The position numbers and the translations under genes are program-made. A model generated the notes under the pieces. That model was not told the origin of the DNA and did not search any database. It worked only from the letters and a program-made list of their open reading frames with translations. Positions 23,429 to 35,969 of a stretch of 64,000 nucleotides of DNA are shown one piece after another. Numbering within the stretch: position 1 is the first letter of the stretch; each line of letters starts with the position of its first letter. Source of the DNA: Antedon mediterranea (lineage: Eukaryota > Animalia > Echinodermata); contig NC_092677.1 of the NCBI RefSeq assembly GCF_964355755.1, positions 20,110,101-20,174,100 on the forward strand. The letters are read 5' to 3'.

Positions 23429-26400
23429 AGGCCAGACATAGACAATTGTAACATTATAATAATTAATTTTGGAATACATCAAATTGACATTGAAGTAATG
23501 CATGGACAGACACCAAAAATACACTAAAAGGAAGAGGTATGTCAACTTCAAATTGTAATTTCATGGAAACAAAGAAAAAAACCCCTCCAATTTTTTTATA
23601 TGTTGTAGTTGACACGTAGGGCTACATTTTTCATGATAGTCACCAACAAAACGGGCGTGTTCCACGGGGTCAATTTCAAGGTCAAAATATATGTCAAAGT
23701 TTTATTCAACTTAAAATTAACATAAAACACACACAATTAGTATATTTAGATTCCTTATGGTCTCCCCTTTACAAAAATACCTTTGCTTTTAAAATCGAAC
23801 CTATAGTTCCCGAGATACAGCTCTTTGAAATGTGGCGGACGCGCCCTTTTTTGCGTAAAAACCGAAAATTGAAATTGCGATATCTTGAAAACCGTTGGTC
23901 CGATAAAGTTAAAATTTGAAATTTTGGCTTTAATTGCTATGAATCACCCATATACCAAATTTCATCAAAATTGGAAGAGGTAGGGTTTAACTCATTGGGT
24001 GATCTGAGATGGAATGACCCAATACTGTAAATACCTATTAACTATTTTTGGTCCTCATTTGAATCAAGCATTTCTTACTGTGAATGTTCGTACTGTTAGC
24101 GGGACTGTTAGATGTAATATAAAAATATATACATTTATAAACTTTATTACTGAGATTGTGGATAGGCTCTACTGTTAGATATATAACACATTATTATATA
24201 CAAATAAACTTTATACTGACAGTTCCTTCTCACAGTTTGTATTAATTAATAATTACCAAAAATATAAACGTCGTAGTGGTGTATCGTGACATGTACTTTA
24301 ATATTTCAATCGATTATGACAGTGACAGTTTTAACAAAGTATTACATCGCAAATGTTTTACTGTATTTAGAGGTATATTATTTATAGGCCTATAAAACAT
24401 GAAAAAAATATTTTGTTACTGAGTGGATAAAGAATATATTTAAAAATTGTTCCTCTTTGTACCTATCCGCTTTCCCATCCCTCAACCCTAATGTTACATA
24501 CAAAACACAAATTGGGTTTCTTTTAAATGAGTCCAAATCAAAAATTTGGACTCATTTTGTGATAAGTTTCTCCTTCGGAAGTAATTCCCAGAGTGCTAAT
24601 TTTAGTTGACTACATAAATCATCGTGTCTATTTATTCGTTTCTGTAAACGACAATGTATTATAGTCCCGCGGTACGTACATTTGAAATCGCCAGTTTTGT
24701 TACGCTGAAATTACTGTGTATTCGAGAACCATCTGTGGGCACGACCTAGATGCTACGCGAGCGAAGCGAGCGTACCATCTAGTACTCATAATTAAATGTT
24801 GACGATTAACTGACCTTATGTCAACTGATGAAATGATGTATTGCTCTTTTACATTGCGTAAATTTTTGTTAAATGTTAGTTTTTATTTGGTTTTATAGGC
24901 AAGTTCTATGATTGGTCAATATTGACATTTGACCCTTAATCATGAAGGATTTTTTTTTCATACGGTGATTGAATAGATACCTGTATCATAAAAATGAAAT
25001 AAAAGACCAAATTGTGCTCCAATAATTCTTGACTCTGCCTAAGTCAAATTCGCGCAAGTCAAAATTTGTTATATGTTGTCTTGTTGCGGCTTAAACCTTA
25101 AAATAAAATATATCAATACAGTTTGTCATTGCCGATAAAGGAGGCTTAGCATTTATTAGGCCTAGCTAGCTAAGCAAACTCAATTAAAGAAGGCTCATCG
25201 TGTGGGCCGCGATCGTGACAGTGTCTACTATGCCTAGGCCTAGCCGTAGCGCGGCTAGTGAGTGGGCCTAGGCCTAGCATCTGTAAGTCCAAGTTCGCAT
25301 AACTCGAATTGACTGTAATACATATTGTTGTAATTGGTCAATTTTGAACTTTGACCCCTTATATCTCGAAAACGCTTCCTATCCTGATCGATTACATTAC
25401 CGGAAAATTCTGGTATAGAGTTGGATGGCAATCAGTGTTTTGAGAAAAAAAAGCTTGTAAAAATAGTCCAGTCAATCTAATGATATACCCACCACAAATT
25501 GCAATAGTAACAAAGCAAGTATTTTTGAATTCCATATAAAGTGTAGAACAACATACTAAAAGTCACCGAAAATCCAAGCATTGGGTAAAGGGGTCAGAGG
25601 TCAATAAAGGTCATTTTAAGTCAAAATTAATATGCTCCATTAATTACATATATTTAACCATTTGAAATACATTATATACAAGTGTGATTTATGTCATCCG
25701 AAAGCTTATTAAATTTCCTATTCAGTGATATCAAACTTATAGTCATAACATTTTATTCAGCATGTCATTTTTGCGGAAAAACACAACATAATGTGTCAAT
25801 TTTGGCTAAAAATGTTGTTTTCGCTGTAAACAACAATGGTATACACACAGGGATACCCTGGGGTGAACATTTCAGTCCAAAGCGATACACATGACCAGCT
25901 CAAGATGCAGATGAGTTCCTGTTCCTGTTGCTTCTGGATGATCTACATTCCATTTTTTCCAGATGACATTTGTGTTGCCATGGTTACAGTATTTATATTG
26001 GGATGTGTAAGTATTTTAACGATTTTTTAACCAGTAGAAATACAAAGATGTTCAACAGCAGTTTGATAATGACCTCCATGTTGTATGACGTTCGGACCAT
26101 CTGGGCTGGATTGTCAACAGACCTGGTGATTGAAAAAGTTTCTATGAGAAGCCTCAAAGAAAACCAGAGGTTTGACAAGAGATTTAGGAATGAGTACATC
26201 CAGACCAAATCTGCGCTGAATGTAATGCCTCGCAATAGTATCAGGGCGTTACTCCAGCAGCGGCCAATATAAGAACTTATGGCCACACGTCAGGAACACA
26301 ATAGCAATTGAAAAATCCATTTGGTTACGAATCAGAGACTTCATACCATTGACACGGGAGTTACTGCAGGTGACTCGGAATATTGGCAATGTGGTATTAA

Positions 26401-26531
26401 GCATTGAATATTTTGGACGGATGTTAGGCCAGAAAGTCTTGCAATGTATTCAAGATCCTGGCAATAAAGTACATACAGGCAAATATGTGTGCATCGATCC
26501 TACAGTTCCAGAGGAGACTCGAGGTGACAAC

Positions 26532-27690
26532 TGTAATGATATTGTAAGCCTGAACACAACCGTAATGTGTACAGCGCCCCCACACCGCACAATTCGTGCA
26601 CATGGTTTTGACAGCCATCTTGATTCTGGAGTTTCTGCATTAAAAGTTATAAAAGTTTACACAGTCGTCTATCGCGTTATTAAAGTCATTATTCCCATAA
26701 GTCATAACATTACATGGTGGCAGCCAAATGGATTCGATCACCAAGCCAAGCATCAATTACCAGGCTAGCAACATGTCTGCAGAAATCGCAAATTTTAAGC
26801 AATATTGCAAGCTGCTGTTCAAGGGTCCTCTCGCCAAGGTATGCAAGGACGATCCGTCACGGGTGACTTACATTTTGATTTGGCTAGGTCAAGAAGGACT
26901 GAGAATTTTTAATTCATGGGGAATGGACCAGGATGATCAGACGCCTAAATCAATACTCGAAAGGTTGGAGAAACATTTCACACCCAAGACAAATTTCAGA
27001 TTGTCGAGATTCGAGTTTGGTAGGCTCAAACAAGCATCAGGTGAAAAGGTGGACGATTACGTCGCCAGGCTACGTTTGCAAGCACAGAAGTGCAAATTTA
27101 CGCACGCAGTCGCAAGCAACGACGGGCAAAACGTAAGTAATAATCTCTAAGAATTCGATGAACGAATCATTGAGCAATTAATCACTGGGACAAATTCCAC
27201 AGAGGTCCAAAAGAAGCTTATAGCTTCCAGCGATTTAACGCTAGACAAAGCTATAGACACAGCCAGAACACATGAGGCAACAAAGGCACTTGTTATCTGA
27301 TCCCTGAGTCCTTAAGACAGGACATCCTCGACAAGCTACACGAAGCACATCTTGGCACCACAAAAACCCAATTGCGAGCACGCACAGCGGTATTTTGGCC
27401 AAACATGAACGACGCAATACGCACAAAAGTTGAGAACTGCGAAATTTGTCAGCAACACGCACGACGAAAACAGAAGGAACCAATAATCCAGCATGAAATA
27501 CCTACTAGACCTTGGCAAAGACTAGGAGCAGACCTGTTCGCACTAAACGGCTCAAACTATATCATCATCTGCGACTACTACTCAAAATTCCCAATCGTCA
27601 AGAATCTACGCAGTGGGACCACATCTAAAACAGTCGTCAACGTGTTAAAAGAAATATTCGCTGAGCACGGTACCCCAGACGAAATCGTTA
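26532..27690 (+). mobile_element. Gypsy (Mag/K02A2.6-like) LTR retrotransposon remnant: 5' LTR, PBS, gag, integrase fragment
   Basis: TG...CA LTR at 26532-26714 directly followed by PBS TGGTGGCAGC. gag from 26728 (LIWLGQEG, HFTPKTNFRLSRFEF..KQ..GEKVDDYVARLR..A..CKF). Integrase HHCC and WQRLGADLF..DYYSKFP at 27300-27690. PR/RT and the 3' LTR are missing. Confidence 0.88.
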
Positions 27691-28959
27691 GAAAGCGGCT
27701 CATCCACCAAAGACGGCGCACATGGTAAGGCGGGTCAGGTGGTAGTATCCCTGTACATTTTACCAGTGACATGTTCCACAAAATAGAATCACTTTCTGTA
27801 ACAAACAACAATTTATAAATATTTGTAATTAGTATTTGAACAAAATGGCAATGAGTGAATGCAGCTGCTGATACAGATGTTATTTCGGATAGTACAAAAA
27901 ACCATTGAATCAGCAAACAGGAAAACATCTGTCATTATCCGATGACACGGATCTATCTAGTGCTCCTCTGCAGTCAAGCATTTAAAACATCTTGTGATAT
28001 TCTTTAGAACTATCAAACTGGTTCAAACAGTACTTTTGAGAGACATCTGTGATAACCTTCTGTTTGCTCATGCGATACTGGTGACAAAACATCCAGAGTT
28101 TTCGGAATTGGAAAACAAGTGGCTCTAAAAAAAGCTTGTCATTGCACTTATTTCTGACATTATGCTGTAGTCTTCAGATGCAAACAAGCTACAAAAGATG
28201 ACATTGTGGTTGCTAGAGAAAATGATTTAGTGTGTCTGTACAATGGACGACCTGGACAACGTGGAATGCCTTTGACTCCATCCCATCTACAAGTTCAAGT
28301 TATCTTTTAGCAATGGAGTGGGGTTGATATGTGTACCGAAGATTGGGGATGGAAGATCAGATGATGGAAACATGGTTCCTCTACACACAGACTTCAAGCC
28401 AGCACCTGAGTATGTGGTGAATGCAACGGAATTGCACTGTACTGATACCCGAACAAGAAAGTGATACTGATGACATAGTTGTCAGTCCTTTTCTATTTGA
28501 AGGATTAAACAATATCATCCCACGGGGCAATTCAAATAAAAAGGTCTGGATTAAAATGATCTTACAAAATATACAAAAATATCACAATGAACAGTACAAT
28601 ATAACAAGAGTCAAAGTTCAAGAATTTAAGAATTTAACTGGCAAAAAAGAATTTCTACATGCCAGGCATCGAAAGCGACGCCCATGAGGCACCTGAGACA
28701 TGAGCTTGAAATCACTGAACGGTTAACATTTTATTCACTGAATGGTTAACATTTTTTAGAATAGCTCTACTTTTTTCTAGAGTTTGCATGTCACAGAAGG
28801 AAGATAAGCTACAAAGTTGACAACCTATTAATTTAGAACTTAAATTAACAATTCTTTGTAGTGAGTTTTTCTTTTTGACCCTAAGACTAAAAAACCAGCA
28901 TATAAAGTAAAACAGTTAAAACGTTCTCAATAAAGGAATTATAAAAAACCCTGAGAATT

Positions 28960-29360
28960 ACTTTATCGACATTAAAATGGTTCAGCTTCCTTAACAGATA
29001 AAGTCTCTGGTGCCTTTTCTTTACTATTGCCTCTGTATTTAATTCCCAGCTGAGATTGTCCTAGGTATTTAAAGGAATGGACAATTTTGCTGGTTCGTCA
29101 TTTATGAGGGATACCAGAGGGCTGCGTTCTTTCTCCTTCCAAAAATCTACAATCATCTCCTTGGTTTTGGTCACATTGACTTCCATCTAATGCGGAACCA
29201 TGGCCGTCCCGTGAATTTTTAAGGAGAGACAGCAAGACAGTGTCGTCGGCAAATTTGACAAGATGACTTTTGTCCTGTTTGCTGCGACAGTCACCCGTGT
29301 ATATAATATACAGGAGAGGAGAGAGGACGCAACCCTGGGGAGATCCAATACTTGTCATTA
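28960..29360 (-). pseudogene. LINE reverse transcriptase fragment (Rex1/Babar-like)
   Basis: GSPQGCVLSPLLYIIYTGDC..LVKFADDT, with a downstream frameshifted KYLG/RQRLYLLRKL-like segment. Confidence 0.8.
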
Positions 29361-31718
29361 CGTACATTCGTTGATACTAAAATCATAAAAAATCTATCTA
29401 TAGTAAATCATGAGTTGATTCCAAATTATCAAGACTCATTAATTAATCAGCAATAGTACATACCGCTAATGAATTTCAATGTTCTACTAGCTAGCATCAT
29501 TTTTCCTATTTCATGATGATACAATAGGTACAGGAAAAACATTATTTGCACCAAATACTTCCAATATATAAATAAACATAATTTAGTTTTACGCTATTTT
29601 AAGAAAATTTGAGTTTTCGTAAAAGGTCACTGACCTCTATAGTTACATAACAACTGTTGTATCAATTAGTTTTTAGAGTAAGAAATACATATTATACACA
29701 TTTGTAGTTATTTAGATTTTATTGGCAGGCATAAATGTTACCTCTAAACACAAGTTTCATCAAATGCATCGGCAATTATGGAATAAGACATTGCAGTTAA
29801 TAATTTTGTTAGGAAAAATTTGAGTTTTTGTAAAAGGTCAAACCTTTTGACCTCTAGTTACGTATAACTGTTGTATTAATTATTTTTTTAATGTATATTA
29901 GTAGGATATATATACTATACACATTGGTACTAAAGCTATTTAGATATGATTATAAAACAATGGATTATAGCATAGGCATAAACGCTACCCCCTACCACAA
30001 AATTGTTTACATTACATTTGATCAAGAATCAATTTCAATAAGAATAGTACATTACTTTTAAAATTCTTCTAGTTAACATCATGTTTCCTATTTTATGTAT
30101 CGATAGGTACAGAAAAAACACAATTTTGATTAAATGCATCCACAATTATGGCATACGATATTACAGTTAATCATTTTTTTATGGAAAAAAATGAGTTTTT
30201 GTAAAAGGTCAATAACCTTTTGACCTCTAGTTATATAAATAGGTGTTGTATTTAGTTTTTTTTAAATTGCATATTAGAAAGAAATATATATTCTACACAT
30301 TGATATCAAGATTATTGAGATTTGATTATAAAACCACAAGTTATGGGCATAAATGTTATCCCCTACCCCAAAAATATTTACGGAATAAAATCGCTATATA
30401 GTTGTTGAGATTACGTAAAAAATAATGTGTTCCAATGCTTCAATTTTCGGTGACTTTTAATATGTCATTCTAAAGTACATTTGGAATGAAAAAATCAATG
30501 TTTCGTTACTATTGCAATTTGTGGTGGGTTTACCTCTAAATATCACTAGATTGACTGGACTAAAAAGTTTACACCTTAGCAAAAGGGTATTCTAATTGTT
30601 GTATTTCTATTAAACTTTTTACCTTCGTTCTAACTATTCTATATTCTCTATTATAAAACACCTAAATAAATTCCTGTCATTTGATTGGACGATTGTGGGT
30701 CACATGGCGTGCAATAGTACGCACTATTAAACAATCGTTTAATAGTACTTTTTAAACATTTTTGTGTACGAAAAAAAAAAACGTTTCGCGGATGAAAACA
30801 AAATCTAGTGTACAAATTACAGTACTGTGAAATACAACAACAGCGCCACATGTTGTCTTGCCTTTTTGTTTGTAAACACCAGCAGCAGATTTTTGTGTGA
30901 GAGATATATACTGTATATACACTAATTTCATTCAAAAAGGCATTTAAATTTAATAGCTTTTGATCATTTTTACGATTTTGATTAATTGGGACATAAAGAC
31001 GTGGAATCGTTGGAAAAAAACACAATTAGCCTATGAGAATTTTCGTATTCAGCTGCAGCCTAGCCGGGCCTATAATGATGATGAAAGGTTATATTTCATC
31101 ATTCACTTCATGCCATTATTTGTACCATTACACTCATAAACATTCATTATTTGTATATTATTATGCAACATTTATTAACATAATATTAATTTAAAGCTCA
31201 GGTACATGCATGAATTTTAAACATAATATCTGGTTAATTGTACATAAATCAAATATTTGTAATAGAAATCAAGACGAAAAAACATGAATTTCCCTTAAAA
31301 TGGTGAAATACAAAATTTGGAAAAATTCTGCTATATAAACCAGGAAGACTTTTTTCAGTGGTTAGGTAGTTTAACCTAATGTAATAACATGTCTGGTGAC
31401 TCCATAGAAGGTGAAAAGAGATGGTGGATATACGGTGGATAATTTTTGCTATAGCATGAAAATAAAACTCTGAAGTTGAATGAAAATACTGTACTAGAAT
31501 CGTAAAATTCAAGTTATATTACCTACTGTATATAGTCATTTTATAACATTTTTTACCATCGTTTATTTTTCATAGTTTTTTAAAAATGCCTCTCTATTTA
31601 CAACATTTGTGTATTAATAGAATAGAGATTTTGCTGTGTAATTTGAACTATTCTTTCTTATTTTCCAACCAAACAACAGCAATTTATTTAGATGTTATAA
31701 ATAGTGCTTTATTTTTAG

Positions 31719-31844
31719 TTTATTGTGCAAGTGTATTGGGAAATCATACTGTTCAAATGGAGAATGATTTAGAGGTGAAACCTCATTTTTACATCAATGT
31801 AGCTGATATTGATACAATTGAAGCAGAATTGTTCTTTGTAGCAT
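31719..31844 (+). CDS. DENND11: DENND11 coding exon
   Basis: TAG/GTGAGT-bounded 126-bp exon: (V)YCASVLGNHTVQMENDLEVKPHFYINVADIDTIEAELFFVA(C). Confidence 0.94.
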
Positions 31845-32192
31845 GTGAGTATTGCCATACCTTAGTTGTCTTTTAACTATTGAACAAACTCCAGCCTCAG
31901 TTATTATAGAGTAGTATAGTACTTAGTAGACACATCATCAACAACATAATAGAAAAGTTGTTTTTCATTTTTGTTCCATTCACTATGGACTCTATGATAC
32001 CAAAAGTTGTTGCATCACAGAAGCAAAACAAAAACATCAATTCTCACACAATGCATTTACAGTGGACCGCTTGAAATATTAGACTTTTAGACTCAACTTT
32101 TTTTATATAAGTTTTAACATCCTTTAAGGTAGAACAATTCAGCGCTAAGCTGGCCAGTATGTTAAGTTACAGAGTAATATTATTTCCTATAC

Positions 32193-32422
32193 TGTGTGTT
32201 CTAGTACAGGTACACCACAAGGTAGCGTATTGGCACTTTGTGTGTTCTAGTACAGGTACACCACAAGGTAGCGTATTGGCACTTTGTGTGTTCTAGTACA
32301 GGTACACCACAAGGTAGCGTATTGGCACTTTGTGTGTTCTAGTACAGGTACACCACAAGGTAGCGTATTGGCACTTTGTGTGTTCTAGTACAGGTACACC
32401 ACAAGGTACCGTATTGGCACTT
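32193..32422 (+). repeat. 46-bp minisatellite, 5 copies, inside a LINE RT fragment (to ~32520)
   Basis: Unit TGTGTGTTCTAGTACAGGTACACCACAAGGTAGCGTATTGGCACTT. The last copy runs on as GTPQGTVLALFLFTLYTSDFR..NFVDDS. Confidence 0.9.
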
Positions 32423-33018
32423 TTTTGTTTACTCTGTACACTTCAGATTTTAGGTCGATATCACCGAGTTCTCCAATGATAAATTTTGTTGATGATTCAG
32501 CTATGGTTTGACTTATTAATAACAACCTTTTTATCTATACTTTTCTGAGATTATTGCCCATATGCAGTAGTATTTATTTTTAAGTAAATAGTTTGTAACC
32601 TTAAATTAGATCGAAAAACCTAGGGATAGGGGTTGCTATTCAGAATTATAGTGCAATTTGCATGTCTTTGATATTGTGTCTAAGGCTTCTAAACAATTAT
32701 ATTCACATTTTGTTTTAAAAGAAGGTTAATGCTTTCAACATCAGAATTGTTGCTTTGTATGCATACTAATACTTGAGTATGCTTAGCCAGGTCTAACACT
32801 CTTCAATTACCAAATACATAATTTTTTAAATTGAAAAAGTACAGAAAAGAGCTCTTAAGACAATTCTAGGCCAAAATTACAGTACTTATTTGAATATCCT
32901 TGAGGAACTTTCCATTCCATTGATTCACTTGAAAACATGACAAACTGCTCAAATTAGCTTTGGAAAAAAATAGTTGAATTCAGATATTATTCGGACATTT
33001 TCATTTCCAAACAGTACT

Positions 33019-33748
33019 GAAAGCTTAGTTAATACTTATTTATCGATATACTTTTTTCCTGTTGTGGTGAAATTAAATTTTGAATTGAATTGAATTAGGT
33101 CATATCGTTGCAAAACAGAAAGGTTTAATGTTAAACTACTCAATAATGTTTGGTCTATTTGTATTGTTGAACTGTTTTCATTTCTATTTTACTGTTTTAT
33201 ATTTATAAAATGAGCTTTTAGCTATGTCATTTTTTACCACACACATTTTGTGCCATACCTTCTGAAGTAAGTACCAAAGTACCAAAGGCTTAGCATTTAT
33301 TAGGCCTAGCTAGCTAAGCAAACTCAATTAAAGAAGGCTCATCGTGTGGGCCGCGATCGTGACAGTGTCTACTATGCCTAAAAAAAAAAAATATATCAAT
33401 ACAGTTTGTCATTGCCGATAAATGAGGCTTAGCATTTATTAGGCCTAGCTAGCTAAGCAAACTCAATTAAAGAAGGCTCATCGTGTGGGCCGCGATCGTG
33501 AAAGCTTAGTTAATACTTATTTATCTATATACTTTTTTCCTGTTGTGGTGAAATTAAATTTTGAATTGAATTGAATTAGGTCATATCGTTGCAAAACAGA
33601 AAGGTTTAATGTTAAACTACTCAATAATGTTTGGTCTATTTGTATTGTTGAACTGTTTTCATTTCTATTTTACTGTTTTATATTTATAAAATGAGCTTTT
33701 AGCTATGTCATTTTTTACCACACACATTTTGTGCCATACCTTCTGAAG
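33019..33748 (+). repeat. About 250-bp direct duplication enclosing two copies of a segment also found at 25105-25236
   Basis: 33019-33267 matches 33499-33748. 33286-33380 and 33387-33501 match 25142-25236 and 25105-25219 almost exactly. Confidence 0.9.
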
Positions 33749-33818
33749 AATTAGTCCCTGGGATTTTAAAGATGTGTTTACATACTATATAACTATATAA
33801 ATAATAACTTGTTCTCAG

Positions 33819-34038
33819 GTACAACTGAAAAGATATTCCTGGAAAAGAAAGATCTTTATGATGTTTATGTGGACAATCAGAATTTAGTTGTTCAGTCGAA
33901 CTCAATGAAAGACATATTGAAAATATGTTATGCGGATAAAGAGAAGTTCAATCAACTAAACAATCAACGTAGCGCACAACTCTTCAAAGCACAAGAACTT
34001 GAGGAAGAAGCTATGCAGGATGATCAAGTATTTGCTAC
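33819..34038 (+). CDS. DENND11: DENND11 coding exon
   Basis: CAG/GTAAGT-bounded 220-bp exon: TTEKIFLEKKDLYDVYVDNQN..ADKEKFNQLNNQR..DDQVFA(T). Confidence 0.95.
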
Positions 34039-35969
34039 GTAAGTGGAATTTCAATTTTTGAACAAAGATGGTTGGTTATTAGAGAAAACGTTCTTTGTGT
34101 TGTCATTTGAGACATATTTTTTTAAGAATATTATAAATAAAGCATAAATCGGAGATGGGTCAGTAATTATTTAAAGTTCTGTCTACACTATCAAACTAGT
34201 GATATGATGTCACCGTGTCTATATATGGGCACATCACATTTTTTTTGTCACATACAGTTTGATAGTGTAGATTGAGCTTAAGTCACCATTCTTCAAGTTT
34301 GGTTTTAAATTGATCAGAAAAACATTTTCAAAATGTGTAACAAATAACAAAATGTATATTTCGAACAATTTAATTAGACCAAATTCAAGTGTCTACGGAA
34401 ATAATGCCCTGGATTGTGGGTCAAAGGTCAGAAATTGTATTTCCTGTCATTTTTTACTAAAATTGATTTGACTGATCAATTTGAGACCAAAATTACCTTG
34501 CTGTGACCAGTGGTTTTCGGGGTTTAAGGACCTATTTGTGTTTGGTCTTATAAGCGTTCACACTGACCTTTTGCCAAATTATTGTTTGTTTTGCGTCATA
34601 TAAAGTTAAATTGCATCGACTTACTGTTCTCTAAATAAATAAATAAACTATTTTAACCATAAAACAGACGAAAGCTACTTAGTAGTTACATCAGATATTT
34701 AAATATAAACATATCTGCAGTATTTATGATTAAATGAATAATATTTTATATTAATAAACCATGTGAAGACCCAATTCAACTAAAACATTTGGATATACAG
34801 TACTTTATATTATATTATTTATAAAATACAGTATACATAATATATTATATTAGTTGTTTCTGTTTGATATTTACTAATATTTTTATCACCTTAAATGTGG
34901 ATTACAGTTTTAAAGAATTAAAAATAGGCAATACTTTTTATTAGATGTTGAATGAAAGAAAACACTTTTTTGCTTGATACAGAGATGCATCTAGATTAGT
35001 TTACTCCTTAGTATAAATAACAAGAAATATTTCTTACAAAAAACGCTGCTCGTTTGTTGACGTAACAGTTTTAAAGATATATTGTCCCCCTGAAAAATAT
35101 TTTTTATTTCAAATTTGTTTTTGAATGTGTCATTTTATTATCACATAATAGTTATTCCTGTTTTAATAACCATAACAATTATTTACCTGAAAAAAATGTA
35201 ATTTAAAGCAAAAAATACTTGGTTTTGGGGTTATAATTAAACGTTTCTTTTCTCTTTTTATACGTGAATAAGTATTATTTTTTTGTTACAGAAGTGAATA
35301 ACTTTTGTATTTGAAGTAAAATACAACAAGAATTCATACTTTGTCATAATTGTGCAATTTAAATTGAAAAATAAAAAATACTGAATCTGTGCTTTTTAAA
35401 TAATTTAAATAAAAATATTTACTCTAGTAGCTAGATCAACTTTCGTATGCACTTTGAGGTCCAGAGAATTTGACTTCAGAAATTGGTTTAGGGTGGTCAA
35501 ACAATCATTTTTGGCTTGGTTACACATTTTGAAAATTTGGCGAAGGGTCAAAAGGTCAGGGTGAAAGGTCATAGGACCAAACACCAATATGTCCTTAAAT
35601 CTCAACAACCACTGGTCACAGCGAAGTAATTTTGGTCGCAAATTGATCAGAAGGTATACATTTATATTCAGTCTAATGGGACATTTTAGTCAAAAATGAC
35701 CGGAAATGCCATTTCTGACCTTTGACCCACACCTCAGGGCATGTATGTATCTCCGTAACTACTGATCGTAGACACTTAAATTTGGTCTTAAATTGTTTGA
35801 AATAAATATTTATTATTTGTAGCACATTTTTAAAAATGTTACAAAAGGTCAAAGGGTCAAGGTCAAAGGTTATATGAACAAATAAAAATAGATACTTGTA
35901 TCTCGGCAACCACTCGTCGCAGCAAGTCAATTTTAGTCTCAAAATGTTCAGAAGGCATGCTTTCATATT

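Larger units (their letters stand above)
21460..24020 (+). mobile_element. Sola2-type DNA transposon, internally deleted
   Basis: About 520-bp near-perfect TIRs starting GGGTCATTCCATCTCAG; 4-bp TSD AATA; transposase remnant inside. Confidence 0.88.
20920..24782 (+). mobile_element. Non-autonomous Helitron
   Basis: A|TCTATATATAA start and CTAG|T end, with a 3' hairpin ACGC-GA-GC-GAA-GC-GA-GCGT just upstream and no TSD. Pairing of these two ends into one element is inferred. Confidence 0.65.
25464..30562 (+). mobile_element. Degenerate Academ-type DNA transposon
   Basis: About 120-bp TIRs starting TAGTCCAGTCAATCTA and ending TAGATTGACTGGACTA, with AAA(A) flanks. Frameshifted remnants WAGLSTDLVIE..MRSLK (~26100), LFAHAIL-D.TSRVFGIGK (~28060) and EDWGWK (~28340). 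Confidence 0.8.

Noticed and set aside
32193-32422. CRISPR-like array
   Set aside because: Head-to-tail identical units with no spacers.
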